Shown: piece by piece, positions 47,401-54,277 of the stretch
How positions within the stretch are numbered: the stretch's first letter is position 1
Layout of the letters: each line of letters starts with the position of its first letter
NCBI GenBank assembly: GCA_018267315.1
Contig: JAFDYS010000050.1
Coordinates: 123-64,122, forward strand
Reading direction: 5' to 3'
DNA length: 64,000 nt
Source: Bacteroidota bacterium
GTDB taxonomy: Bacteria; Bacteroidota; Bacteroidia; Chitinophagales; UBA10324
The notes under the pieces: generated by a model
What the model saw: the letters and a program-made list of their open reading frames with translations, nothing else
What the model was told of the DNA's origin: nothing
Databases searched by the model: none
Program-made: the position numbers and the translations under genes

Positions 47401-48023
47401 CCGTCATTATCGTAGTCAAAAAAAACAGCGCCCATGGAGTAGCAATCGGGGCAGTCAATGCCGTATTCCTTTGCGCGTTCAGTATAGGTGCCATCGCCGT
47501 TGCTCACATAAAACAGGTGCGCCAGCGAATCTTTCCAGCGCGAACGAAGCACATAAATATCATCGAGGCCGTCGTTATTGATATCAACGAGCGACACGCC
47601 GGTGCTCCATCCTTTGTTTTTGCGCAAGATGCCGGCCTTGTCCGACACACTTTCGAATTTCATGTTCCCTTCGTTCACATACAATTCATCGGGCACGAGG
47701 TTGCCGGTGAAATACAAATCCGGCAGCGAATCGTTATTGTAATTCAGCACGGCCACACCACCGCCGTTGTAGTAGTTCACATAAAGATTGTTGTCCTGCA
47801 TGAAGCCGAACTGTACGGCATTCAAAAAGTCAATGCCGGTGCTCTTGGCTGAGAGCAGGTCAAACATTTTGCCTGAGGGCACATCGGGTAAATTGAATTT
47901 GGTACTGTCCGGCGGCGGGAAATCAAAATTCTTCTTGTATGCACTCTCATAATTGGTGCAGGCTGAAACGGCAAGCGTCAGCAGTATCAATACACTTTTT
48001 GCCCGTGATTTGAAATCTTTCAT
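44421..48023 (-). CDS. CRTAC1-like lipoprotein, paralogue of 40784..44392
   Basis: Lipoprotein signal LILLTLAVSAC. Collinear with the downstream paralogue over its full length (same FG-GAP loops, GIGAKVYIWSKSGMQMVQHHIVRGYQSTSQNLVHFGL, C-terminal NVGSGYLSQGS). 28-nt gap to the next gene. Confidence 0.8.
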   Translation of the reverse strand: MKDFKSRAKSVLILLTLAVSACTNYESAYKKNFDFPPPDSTKFNLPDVPSGKMFDLLSAKSTGIDFLNAVQFGFMQDNNLYVNYYNGGGVAVLNYNNDSLPDLYFTGNLVPDELYVNEGNMKFESVSDKAGILRKNKGWSTGVSLVDINNDGLDDIYVLRSRWKDSLAHLFYVSNGDGTYTERAKEYGIDCPDCYSMGAVFFDYDNDGDMDLYVKNHPTDYVERMRFNNLEKVEKGTNQSDRFYRNDNGHFVDISKKAGINNHGYGLAVCAADVNNDGYLDVYGCNDFAMYDYLYINQKNGTFKEMSADYLGKTSMFSMGVDIADVDNDGYQDIVTADMRFDHSYLRRSFALGLRRNEFNNMITSGYHYQYVKNTLQINNGNNTFSEIANLAQVDATDWSWGPMFCDFDNDGMKDIFIPNGYYRWLNVDERELYQAMRDATRRGDSAAYNKLYKMVSKKKLKAVNYAFKNNGNYQFTREMENWGINYPTISYGAALADLDHDGDMDIVVSNHEISALVYRNNENSVVGNNWVEFKLKGYENNLEGIGAKVYIWSKSGMQMVQHHIVRGYQSTSQNLVHFGLAKDDTLYRVAIEWLDGKSQELTNVKPNQVITLEHKNATNAKFKWKQDAEPLFTDATKKLGVDYVHVENEYEDFKKEILLPHKLSRYGPGLAVADVNGDGLEDFFVSGATRSSGALYLQTTDKKFVKAQNQAWQKDDNSEILGVLFFDADQDGDLDLYSVSGGNEFKKDDPLLVDYLYLNDGKGNFTKASDALPDERSSGSCVTAGDFDGDGDLDLFVGGRVVPANYPMPALSAILRNDKGKFVDVTKEVAPDLVSGGLTCSSIWTDYNNDGKMDLMIAGEWSPLRIFKNTGGKLVEVTSEAGLAETTGWWNSIIAGDFDNDGDMDYVAGNEGLNSRYYQPTKDQPVELYCDDFDKNGTMDLLMSVYNFGKPYPVKTRLTMAEEIPSIAEKFPLYKQFALATTNEIFGKEALTKAMHLTAKTLASTYFRNNGDGTFTPSELPMKAQFSCIYGMLATDVNGDGNLDIVAHGNFYSTETETEKQDACIGITMLGDGKGNFRPLTAEESGFFSHKDAKALALIHLGKEEHPVILGTNNNDSMFAFEMIKNTQHKLTLTQHDRFALIYYRDGRTERQEVNVGSGYLSQGSLTISFVPELVEKIVVTDDKNQQRVAFENSALASK

Positions 48024-48224
48024 TTACTGTTTGGTTGTGAATTGAAGTTTGACAGAACCATCGGTTGGTCATGCATCATATTCCTCTAAATGCAGTTGGA
48101 CGGCCCATTAAATACGCCTCAAAAGTACCCTGTTGATGACTGGTACAGAAGCCATTTGATTTTCATTAACAAATAATATTGAAGCAAATATCCCCATGTT
48201 TCCCCTATGAAGAAAGTGAATGGA

Positions 48225-48238
48225 ATTGGCCGGCCAAT
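48225..48238. promoter_or_regulatory. Perfect 14-bp palindrome ATTGGCCGGCCAAT in the divergent control region
   Basis: Read directly from the sequence. It lies between the two divergent operons, 107 nt upstream of 48345 and 202 nt from 48023. Confidence 0.3.
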
Positions 48239-48279
48239 CCGTTTTGCGCATCAGTTTGTCTAAAAGGGATTTAATCAGG

Positions 48280-48309
48280 TTTAAATATGCTGCCGGTGGC
48301 ATAGTTTTG
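48280..48309 (+). promoter_or_regulatory. Candidate Bacteroidota-type promoter (-33 TTTA / -7 TAGTTTTG)
   Basis: TAGTTTTG (48302-48309) fits TAnnTTTG, and TTTA lies 18 nt upstream. The ATG is 36 nt downstream. Confidence 0.35.
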
Positions 48310-48344
48310 CCTCCACCCCTCTCATTTATCACTATTTCTGTCAT

Positions 48345-50648
48345 ATGTCAAAGAGAATATTACTCGCACTCGGTGTGCTTTTAGTTGCCGGAGTAGTTGC
48401 AATTTTTTTATGGAAGCGCAGCAAGATTGAAAAAATGATGAGTGAAAATGAGGTGCCGAAGTACACCAGCACCACCATGCCCCAGATCTATTACGAGATC
48501 GTGGACAACATGGATACCACGCTGCTCTATTCCAGAAATGAGCTCATGATACCATACCTGGAATGGAGGGTCAAAGCAAATCCTGACGATCTCAATCTGC
48601 AATTCGAGTTGGGTATTCAAAACATTTTCTACGGAACAACGGAGAAAGGGATACAGATTCTTGAAGCGCTGGAAAAGAATCCGAAGTTCATGAATGATGA
48701 AAAGAATAAGGAGAAGAAAGGCAAAGAAACAAGCTGGTCAACCCTGGATTCACTCGAGCAGTTCATTGCTTTGGGTTACCTGCGGCTGGGCGAACAATCC
48801 AATTGCATCAATAATCACAATGATGAATCATGTGTGTTCCCCATCTCAGGTGGCGGCGTTCATACCATAAAAACGCCGGTTGAAAATGCCATTACCCGTT
48901 ATCTGAAAATAATTGAAAAAGACCCGCATGATTACCTCTCCATTTGGCTGCTCAATGTGGCCTGCCAGGCCAATGGAAGTGTTCCGCCGGAAGTGCCGAA
49001 AGAATTAATCATACCGGCCAGCCGCATTCCTAATGAATATAACATCAAGCGCTTTAACGACATCGCCGTGGATCTCGGCGTAGATAACACCGGCGATGCC
49101 GGCGGCATTGCGCTGGATGATTTTGACAACGACGGCTACAACGATATCATTGATGGATCCTCCCGGCTGAAAGGACAGATCCGCTATTTTCATAACAACG
49201 GCGACGGCACCTTCAGCGACTGGACCGAGAAATCAAAACTCACCGGCGCCTTTGAAGGATTGGGCATGATGCAGTTTGATTACAACAACGACGGAAATAT
49301 GGATTTCCTCGTCACCCGCGGCGGCTGGAAAGCCAAGGCAGGTTTTCTTCCCCCTTCCCTGTACCGTAATAATGGCGACGGCACATTCACTGATGTAACC
49401 ATTGAAGCCGGGCTGCTCCATTTCCTGCCTTCGCAAACGGCCGAAGCCGCTGACATTGACCTCGACGGTGATCTTGATCTATTTATCGGGCATGAATTCA
49501 ATACCCACAGCAAGCTATACCTCAATAACGGCAACGGAACATTTAAAGATATCACTGCGGAAGCCGGCGTTGACTTTGAAGGATTCATTAAGGGAGTTTC
49601 ATTCGGTGATTACAATAATGACGGCTACCCGGATATTTACCTGAGCGACTTCGGCAATCCTAACCGGCTCTATAAAAACAACGGGCTGAATGAAAATGGA
49701 ATCGTGACCTTCACCAATGTGGCCAAGGAAGCCGGCGTGGAGAATCCCATCTGGAGTTTTCCCTGCTGGTTCTTTGATTACAATAATGACGGGTGGGAAG
49801 ATATTTACATATCGGCCTACAAACCCGGCTACATCATCAACTCATGCCGTGAATTCATGGGTCTGCCCATGGATTCCAATATGTTTCCCCGGTTGTACCG
49901 CAACAATGGCGATGGCACTTTCACCAACGTAGCCAAAGAAACACACATCCAATACGAATCATTTACTATGGGATGCAACTTCGGTGATCTCGATAACGAT
50001 GGCTGGCTCGATTTCTACCAGAGCATCGGTGCGCCGGACTACCGCGCCATTTTCCCGAACCGCATGTACCACAATTTTGAAGGAAAATATTTTCAGGACT
50101 GCACGCTTTCCGGCGGATTCGGACAACTGCAGAAAGGACATGCCGTGGGTTTCTGCGATTTTGATTACGATGGTGACCAGGATATTTATACGGATTTCGG
50201 CGGATTCTTCTATGGAGATGTTTTTCAGAATTCACTCTTTGAAAACCCCGGACATGGCAACCACTGGATCAATGTAAAATTTGAAGGTGTGAAAAATAAT
50301 CACTTCGGCGTGGGGTGCCGGGTGAAACTCACTTTTAAGGATAATGGCACCACCCGCAGCACCTACTTTGACATTGGCAAAGGAGCCAGCTTCGGCAGCA
50401 ACCCCATCCGCCTGCAAGCGGGCGTAGACAAAGCCACGGTGATTGATTCGATGGAAGTGATTTGGCCGGCCGGCAAAGTAAAACAGGTGTTTAAGAACGT
50501 GCCGGTCAATAAAATGTACCTGTGCAAAGAAGGCGCCACGGAATTAACTCCGCTCAGCATCAACTCCATCGTATTCAAAACCATGGAACGCAGAATGGCC
50601 GAAGGTGATTCATCCCTGATGAATATGCACATGCACATGAACATGTAA
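48345..50648 (+). CDS. Membrane-anchored CRTAC1-family protein (FG-GAP/VCBS repeats + UnbV/ASPIC) with a Met/His-rich C-terminal tail
   Basis: N-terminal anchor ILLALGVLLVAGVVAIFLW. DDFDNDGYND, DIDLDGDLD and DYNNDGWED loops. UnbV/ASPIC block GVGCRVKLTF...VIWPAGKVKQ. Terminal MNMHMHMNM. Confidence 0.8.
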   Translation: MSKRILLALGVLLVAGVVAIFLWKRSKIEKMMSENEVPKYTSTTMPQIYYEIVDNMDTTLLYSRNELMIPYLEWRVKANPDDLNLQFELGIQNIFYGTTEKGIQILEALEKNPKFMNDEKNKEKKGKETSWSTLDSLEQFIALGYLRLGEQSNCINNHNDESCVFPISGGGVHTIKTPVENAITRYLKIIEKDPHDYLSIWLLNVACQANGSVPPEVPKELIIPASRIPNEYNIKRFNDIAVDLGVDNTGDAGGIALDDFDNDGYNDIIDGSSRLKGQIRYFHNNGDGTFSDWTEKSKLTGAFEGLGMMQFDYNNDGNMDFLVTRGGWKAKAGFLPPSLYRNNGDGTFTDVTIEAGLLHFLPSQTAEAADIDLDGDLDLFIGHEFNTHSKLYLNNGNGTFKDITAEAGVDFEGFIKGVSFGDYNNDGYPDIYLSDFGNPNRLYKNNGLNENGIVTFTNVAKEAGVENPIWSFPCWFFDYNNDGWEDIYISAYKPGYIINSCREFMGLPMDSNMFPRLYRNNGDGTFTNVAKETHIQYESFTMGCNFGDLDNDGWLDFYQSIGAPDYRAIFPNRMYHNFEGKYFQDCTLSGGFGQLQKGHAVGFCDFDYDGDQDIYTDFGGFFYGDVFQNSLFENPGHGNHWINVKFEGVKNNHFGVGCRVKLTFKDNGTTRSTYFDIGKGASFGSNPIRLQAGVDKATVIDSMEVIWPAGKVKQVFKNVPVNKMYLCKEGATELTPLSINSIVFKTMERRMAEGDSSLMNMHMHMNM

Positions 50649-50670
50649 GAAGGCAATTCCCATGCGGCGG

Positions 50671-50697
50671 TTTTGTCACGGTTTGCAGGTGACAAAA
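50671..50697. terminator. Perfect 9-bp hairpin TTTTGTCAC-N9-GTGACAAAA (possible attenuator or weak terminator)
   Basis: Lies 23 nt after the stop at 50648. No downstream T-run on the plus strand, so its function is uncertain. Confidence 0.35.
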
Positions 50698-50756
50698 ATC
50701 ATATACCCTTCCTTAAGCAAATTCAAACAATTCGTTAATAAGTTCTATGACGGATT

Positions 50757-50764
50757 TATATTTG
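50757..50764 (+). promoter_or_regulatory. Candidate -7 box TATATTTG
   Basis: Matches TAnnTTTG, 11 nt upstream of the ATG at 50775. That is very close to the start codon and no clear -33 element is present. Confidence 0.25.
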
Positions 50765-50774
50765 GCCATAAATC

Positions 50775-52064
50775 ATGTATGGCTTGAAAGGAATTTTACC
50801 AACGTTCATTACCGCTTTCCTCCTCGCAATTTTCCCAAAACATTCAGCCGGTCAATTCACGCTAAGCGCTGAACTGCGCATCCGCCCTGAAGTACTTCAC
50901 GGTTATCGCACCCTGCCCGACACCGACTCGAGGGTTGCCGTGTTTGTTGATCAGCGCGCCCGGATCAACGCCCTTTATTCCAAAGAAAAATTTCAGGTTT
51001 ACGCCAGTATTCAGGAAGCCCGAACGTGGGGTGAACAGGCGCAGCTTGCTGACGAGCCAACGATCGGGGTTCATGAATTTTGGGGACAATATTTCTTTCA
51101 TAAGAATCTTTCATTGAAGGCGGGACGACAGGAATTACGGTATGACGATGAACGCCTGCTGGGTAATGCGGATTGGTACGCACAGGGCAGAAGCCACGAT
51201 GCGGCCGTGCTTAAATATGCCAATGCCAAAGGTTTCAAACTGGATGCGGGAGGAGCATTCAATCAGGCGACGCAGAATAATTTCGGCACCTATTATCCTG
51301 TGAACTCCTACAAAACACTGGAGTATTTGTGGGCCAACAAGGTTTGGAAAAATTCGCACCAGGAATTGAATGTTTCCGCAATGGTCATTGGCGACGGAAC
51401 CCAAGAGGCCGATTCAACAGGCATCACCACACGGGTGACTATTGGTTTCAACTCTGATTTTACGCGCGAAAAATTTGCGCTTCACCTCGCAGTTTATGAT
51501 CAACTGGGGCAGGATCCGGCTAAGCGGGATATCAGTGCTTACATGATATCGGCATATGGCACTGTAAATCCTTTTGAATACTGGAAATTCACTCTCGGCA
51601 TAGATTACCTATCCGGCACCGATCAGCTCAACAGTGAAAATGCCGATAAGCAAAAAACCTTCTTCACTCTCTATCCGTCAAATCATGCCTTCTATGGCAT
51701 CGCCGATTACTTTCTCAATATTCCCAATGACACGAAGAACGGAGGATTGATTGATGCCTTCTTCAAGGCCAACTGCACCATGGATAAATTCAAGATCAAC
51801 GGAGCATTTCACATGCTGGCTCTGCAAAACAATGTGGTGGTTGCTTCCAGCCCTGAAACGGCGCTGGATAAAAACCTGGGAACAGAAATTGATGTGTGGG
51901 GCTCTTACAATTTTGAACCCGAGGTGAGCATCATGCTGGGTGGTTCGCTCATGTTCGGAACAGAATCCATGGAAGCCATCAAGGGCGGCGACTCCGGCAT
52001 TCCGGGAAAATGGATTTATGCGGGCATTACCTTTAAGCCCGTTTTTTTCAGTTCACAAAAATGA
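50775..52064 (+). CDS. Alginate-export (AlgE-like) family outer-membrane beta-barrel
   Basis: Signal peptide. LRIRPE near the N-terminus and the GRQELRYDDERLLGNADWYAQGRSHDAAVLKY motif typical of the Alginate_exp family. Alternating beta-strand pattern throughout. Confidence 0.65.
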   Translation: MYGLKGILPTFITAFLLAIFPKHSAGQFTLSAELRIRPEVLHGYRTLPDTDSRVAVFVDQRARINALYSKEKFQVYASIQEARTWGEQAQLADEPTIGVHEFWGQYFFHKNLSLKAGRQELRYDDERLLGNADWYAQGRSHDAAVLKYANAKGFKLDAGGAFNQATQNNFGTYYPVNSYKTLEYLWANKVWKNSHQELNVSAMVIGDGTQEADSTGITTRVTIGFNSDFTREKFALHLAVYDQLGQDPAKRDISAYMISAYGTVNPFEYWKFTLGIDYLSGTDQLNSENADKQKTFFTLYPSNHAFYGIADYFLNIPNDTKNGGLIDAFFKANCTMDKFKINGAFHMLALQNNVVVASSPETALDKNLGTEIDVWGSYNFEPEVSIMLGGSLMFGTESMEAIKGGDSGIPGKWIYAGITFKPVFFSSQK

Positions 52065-52196
52065 AATCAGGTAAAGCCGTTTCCTGTGATTCATTTTCAT
52101 AAGACAAAATCTAAAGACGCTTTTGCATGAAGCAGATCACCTCGTAATCCCGTTAAAAATTCTTGACAAAAAAATTCCGAGGCACACTTAAATCTC

Positions 52197-52204
52197 TACA
52201 TTTG
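52197..52204 (+). promoter_or_regulatory. Candidate -7 box TACATTTG
   Basis: Matches TAnnTTTG, 45 nt upstream of the ATG at 52249, within a 184-nt intergenic gap. Confidence 0.3.
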
Positions 52205-52248
52205 CGCAGCACATTTCATTCACATTTTCAAACTTCAATTTCACTCGT

Positions 52249-53637
52249 ATGAATAAACCAATTGTTGCAGTTATGCTGACTGCGATTCTGGTGTCGTCTG
52301 CCATCTCAGGATGCAAGCAGACAAGCAGCCCGGGCAGTGCGGGTTCGCTTTACAACTCCAAGTCGAAACCGGCCACCGAGTTTGATAACAAGATGGCGCT
52401 TGCGTGGGTTGATCTGCTTTGTGACCAGGTAAGATTTCAGCGCGTAGGCCCGCCTCCGGCAGCACGGGCAATGGGTTACCTGGGTGTGGCCATGTATCAG
52501 TCCGTGGTAGGTGGCATTCCTGACGGCCATTCGCTGGAAGGTCAGTTAAAGGATTTAAAGAATCTGCCCAAGCCCGACCCGAACGCAGAATACGATTGGC
52601 CGACGGTATTGAATAACGCCGCATTTCTCGTTTGTGATGAAGGGCTGGCCCGTTTCATGGGACCTAACACACCCAACCTCAATAACCTCGTTGCTAAGAT
52701 GAATCACTTGCGCGACAGCGTGCTGGCCAATGCCGACGTGTTCAATCGCTCCAAAGAATATGGTACGCAACTCGGTAATGCCATTGTTGATTACATGAAA
52801 ACGGATAACTTCGATTACACCCGCGAGCATAACGAATATGAATCCCCTTCCCGCACCGGACATCCGGATTGGTATGAGGTGACTGACATTGACAAAACGC
52901 CGTTCGAACCGTTCTGGGGCACCCTGCGTCCCCTCGGACTTGACACTACGGAATTATGCCTGAGCAAACCTACCATTCCCTACAGCGCCGATCCGAATTC
53001 AGATTTTTACAAGTTCGCCTCTAAACTCTACGGTATTGACACCTCCTTCAGTGAGTATGACCGTATCACTTCCCTTTACTGGGCGGATGATCCGGTAGAA
53101 ACATTCACACCACCGGGGCACTGGATGAAGATTGCCAAGCAACAGGTGCGCAACCATAATTACAACCTGGCTCAAACCTGTGAGCTCTATTGTTACCTCG
53201 GTATGGCAGAATACAATGCCGGTATTGCGGTTTGGAAAATCAAGTATCAGGTGAATCTGCTTCGCCCGAAAACCTACATCGCTGAAGTGATGAATAAGCC
53301 GGATTGGGAGCCGTATCTCGAAACTCCTCCGTTCCCCGAATATCCTTCGGGTCACAGCGGATTCTCCGGCGCCGCCTCTTCCATTCTCACCAGCTATTTC
53401 GGCGACACAGAATTTACTGACAGCACAAACCTGGTGATTGGATTACTCCCGCGTCATTTCAAGTCATTCAATGCCGCGGCGGAAGAAGCCGCCTGGTCGC
53501 GCATGTTTGGTGGCATTCACTACGAAGCAGCTATTAAGGATGCCAAAGTAATGGGTGATTGCCTGGCGCAAAACCTGATGAAGAAAATCAAGCTGGGCAG
53601 CGGACAGACTGCTGAAAATGCTGAAACTAAAAAGTAA
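52249..53637 (+). CDS. Vanadium-dependent haloperoxidase / PAP2-superfamily lipoprotein
   Basis: Lipoprotein signal LVSSAISGC. K-x6-RP (KYQVNLLRP), PSGH (EYPSGHSG) and SR-x5-H (SRMFGGIHYEAAIKD) motifs in the canonical order. Confidence 0.7.
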   Translation: MNKPIVAVMLTAILVSSAISGCKQTSSPGSAGSLYNSKSKPATEFDNKMALAWVDLLCDQVRFQRVGPPPAARAMGYLGVAMYQSVVGGIPDGHSLEGQLKDLKNLPKPDPNAEYDWPTVLNNAAFLVCDEGLARFMGPNTPNLNNLVAKMNHLRDSVLANADVFNRSKEYGTQLGNAIVDYMKTDNFDYTREHNEYESPSRTGHPDWYEVTDIDKTPFEPFWGTLRPLGLDTTELCLSKPTIPYSADPNSDFYKFASKLYGIDTSFSEYDRITSLYWADDPVETFTPPGHWMKIAKQQVRNHNYNLAQTCELYCYLGMAEYNAGIAVWKIKYQVNLLRPKTYIAEVMNKPDWEPYLETPPFPEYPSGHSGFSGAASSILTSYFGDTEFTDSTNLVIGLLPRHFKSFNAAAEEAAWSRMFGGIHYEAAIKDAKVMGDCLAQNLMKKIKLGSGQTAENAETKK

Positions 53638-53668
53638 CTCCTCACTCAATCATCTAAAGAATTGTAAC

Positions 53669-54211
53669 ATGAATAAGATCATTAGCTTCTTTGCCATAGC
53701 GCTTCTCATCGGCGCCGGCACTGCCCAGGCACAGGTTCTCATGAAAGAAATGCTTACCCAGGAGCAGAAAGGAACGCTGGAAAAGAGCGTGAACTGGCCG
53801 GGAAAGAAAATTTACTACACGCTTAAATACGATAGCTCGCGGGCCTATTCTTATGAAACCTATAGCACCACGCGCTATTACTATACCCTCATGATCGCTG
53901 ATAATGCCGGCATGGCCAATGCCATCAAATTGCCCGGCATGGTTCGCGACCTGGTAATCACTTCGTATTTCGAATTCTATTTCAACAACGGTTCGGAAAC
54001 CAAGACGTTTACCCTGACTTACGACAAAAACAACAAGTGGTACCGCATCAAGTTTGCCCCGCAATGGGGCTGCCGCCGCGAAGAGTTATGGAAGCGCGTG
54101 AATGATATCAAGAGCTACTCGGATTTGCTCACGAGTATGGTGGGGCAAATGGATAATAATCTGATACTCGATTGCTACCGCGGACATGAAGGAAGGATAA
54201 TGACGCAGTAG
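53669..54211 (+). CDS. Small secreted hypothetical protein
   Basis: I chose the internal ATG, which gives the signal peptide MNKIISFFAIALLIGAGTAQAQ. No recognisable motif. It is the last gene before the terminator. Confidence 0.5.
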   Translation: MNKIISFFAIALLIGAGTAQAQVLMKEMLTQEQKGTLEKSVNWPGKKIYYTLKYDSSRAYSYETYSTTRYYYTLMIADNAGMANAIKLPGMVRDLVITSYFEFYFNNGSETKTFTLTYDKNNKWYRIKFAPQWGCRREELWKRVNDIKSYSDLLTSMVGQMDNNLILDCYRGHEGRIMTQ

Positions 54212-54232
54212 AGCGTTTTTGACATTCATTGA

Positions 54233-54269
54233 ATAGCCCTCTTCAATATGACGGGGGCTATTTTTTTTT
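54233..54269 (+). terminator. Rho-independent terminator
   Basis: ATAGCCC (54233-54239) / GGGCTAT (54255-54261) followed by a T9 run. Confidence 0.8.
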
Positions 54270-54277
54270 GCATGCCC

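Noticed and set aside
46920-47852. 310-aa ORF on the plus strand, antisense to the CRTAC1-like gene 44421..48023. Similar antisense ORFs occur at 45033..45386, 46488..46826, 41782..42279 and 43595..43888.
   Set aside because: The translations are V/I/H/A-rich strings with no motifs. They are what the reverse complement of D/N/G-rich FG-GAP repeat codons gives. The sense-strand gene has strong family signatures throughout.
48108-48344. 78-aa minus-strand ORF filling the divergent intergenic region of the CRTAC1 module.
   Set aside because: It has no motif and no signal. It would occupy the region that should hold both promoters, and it ends exactly at the neighbouring start codon. It is more likely non-coding control DNA.
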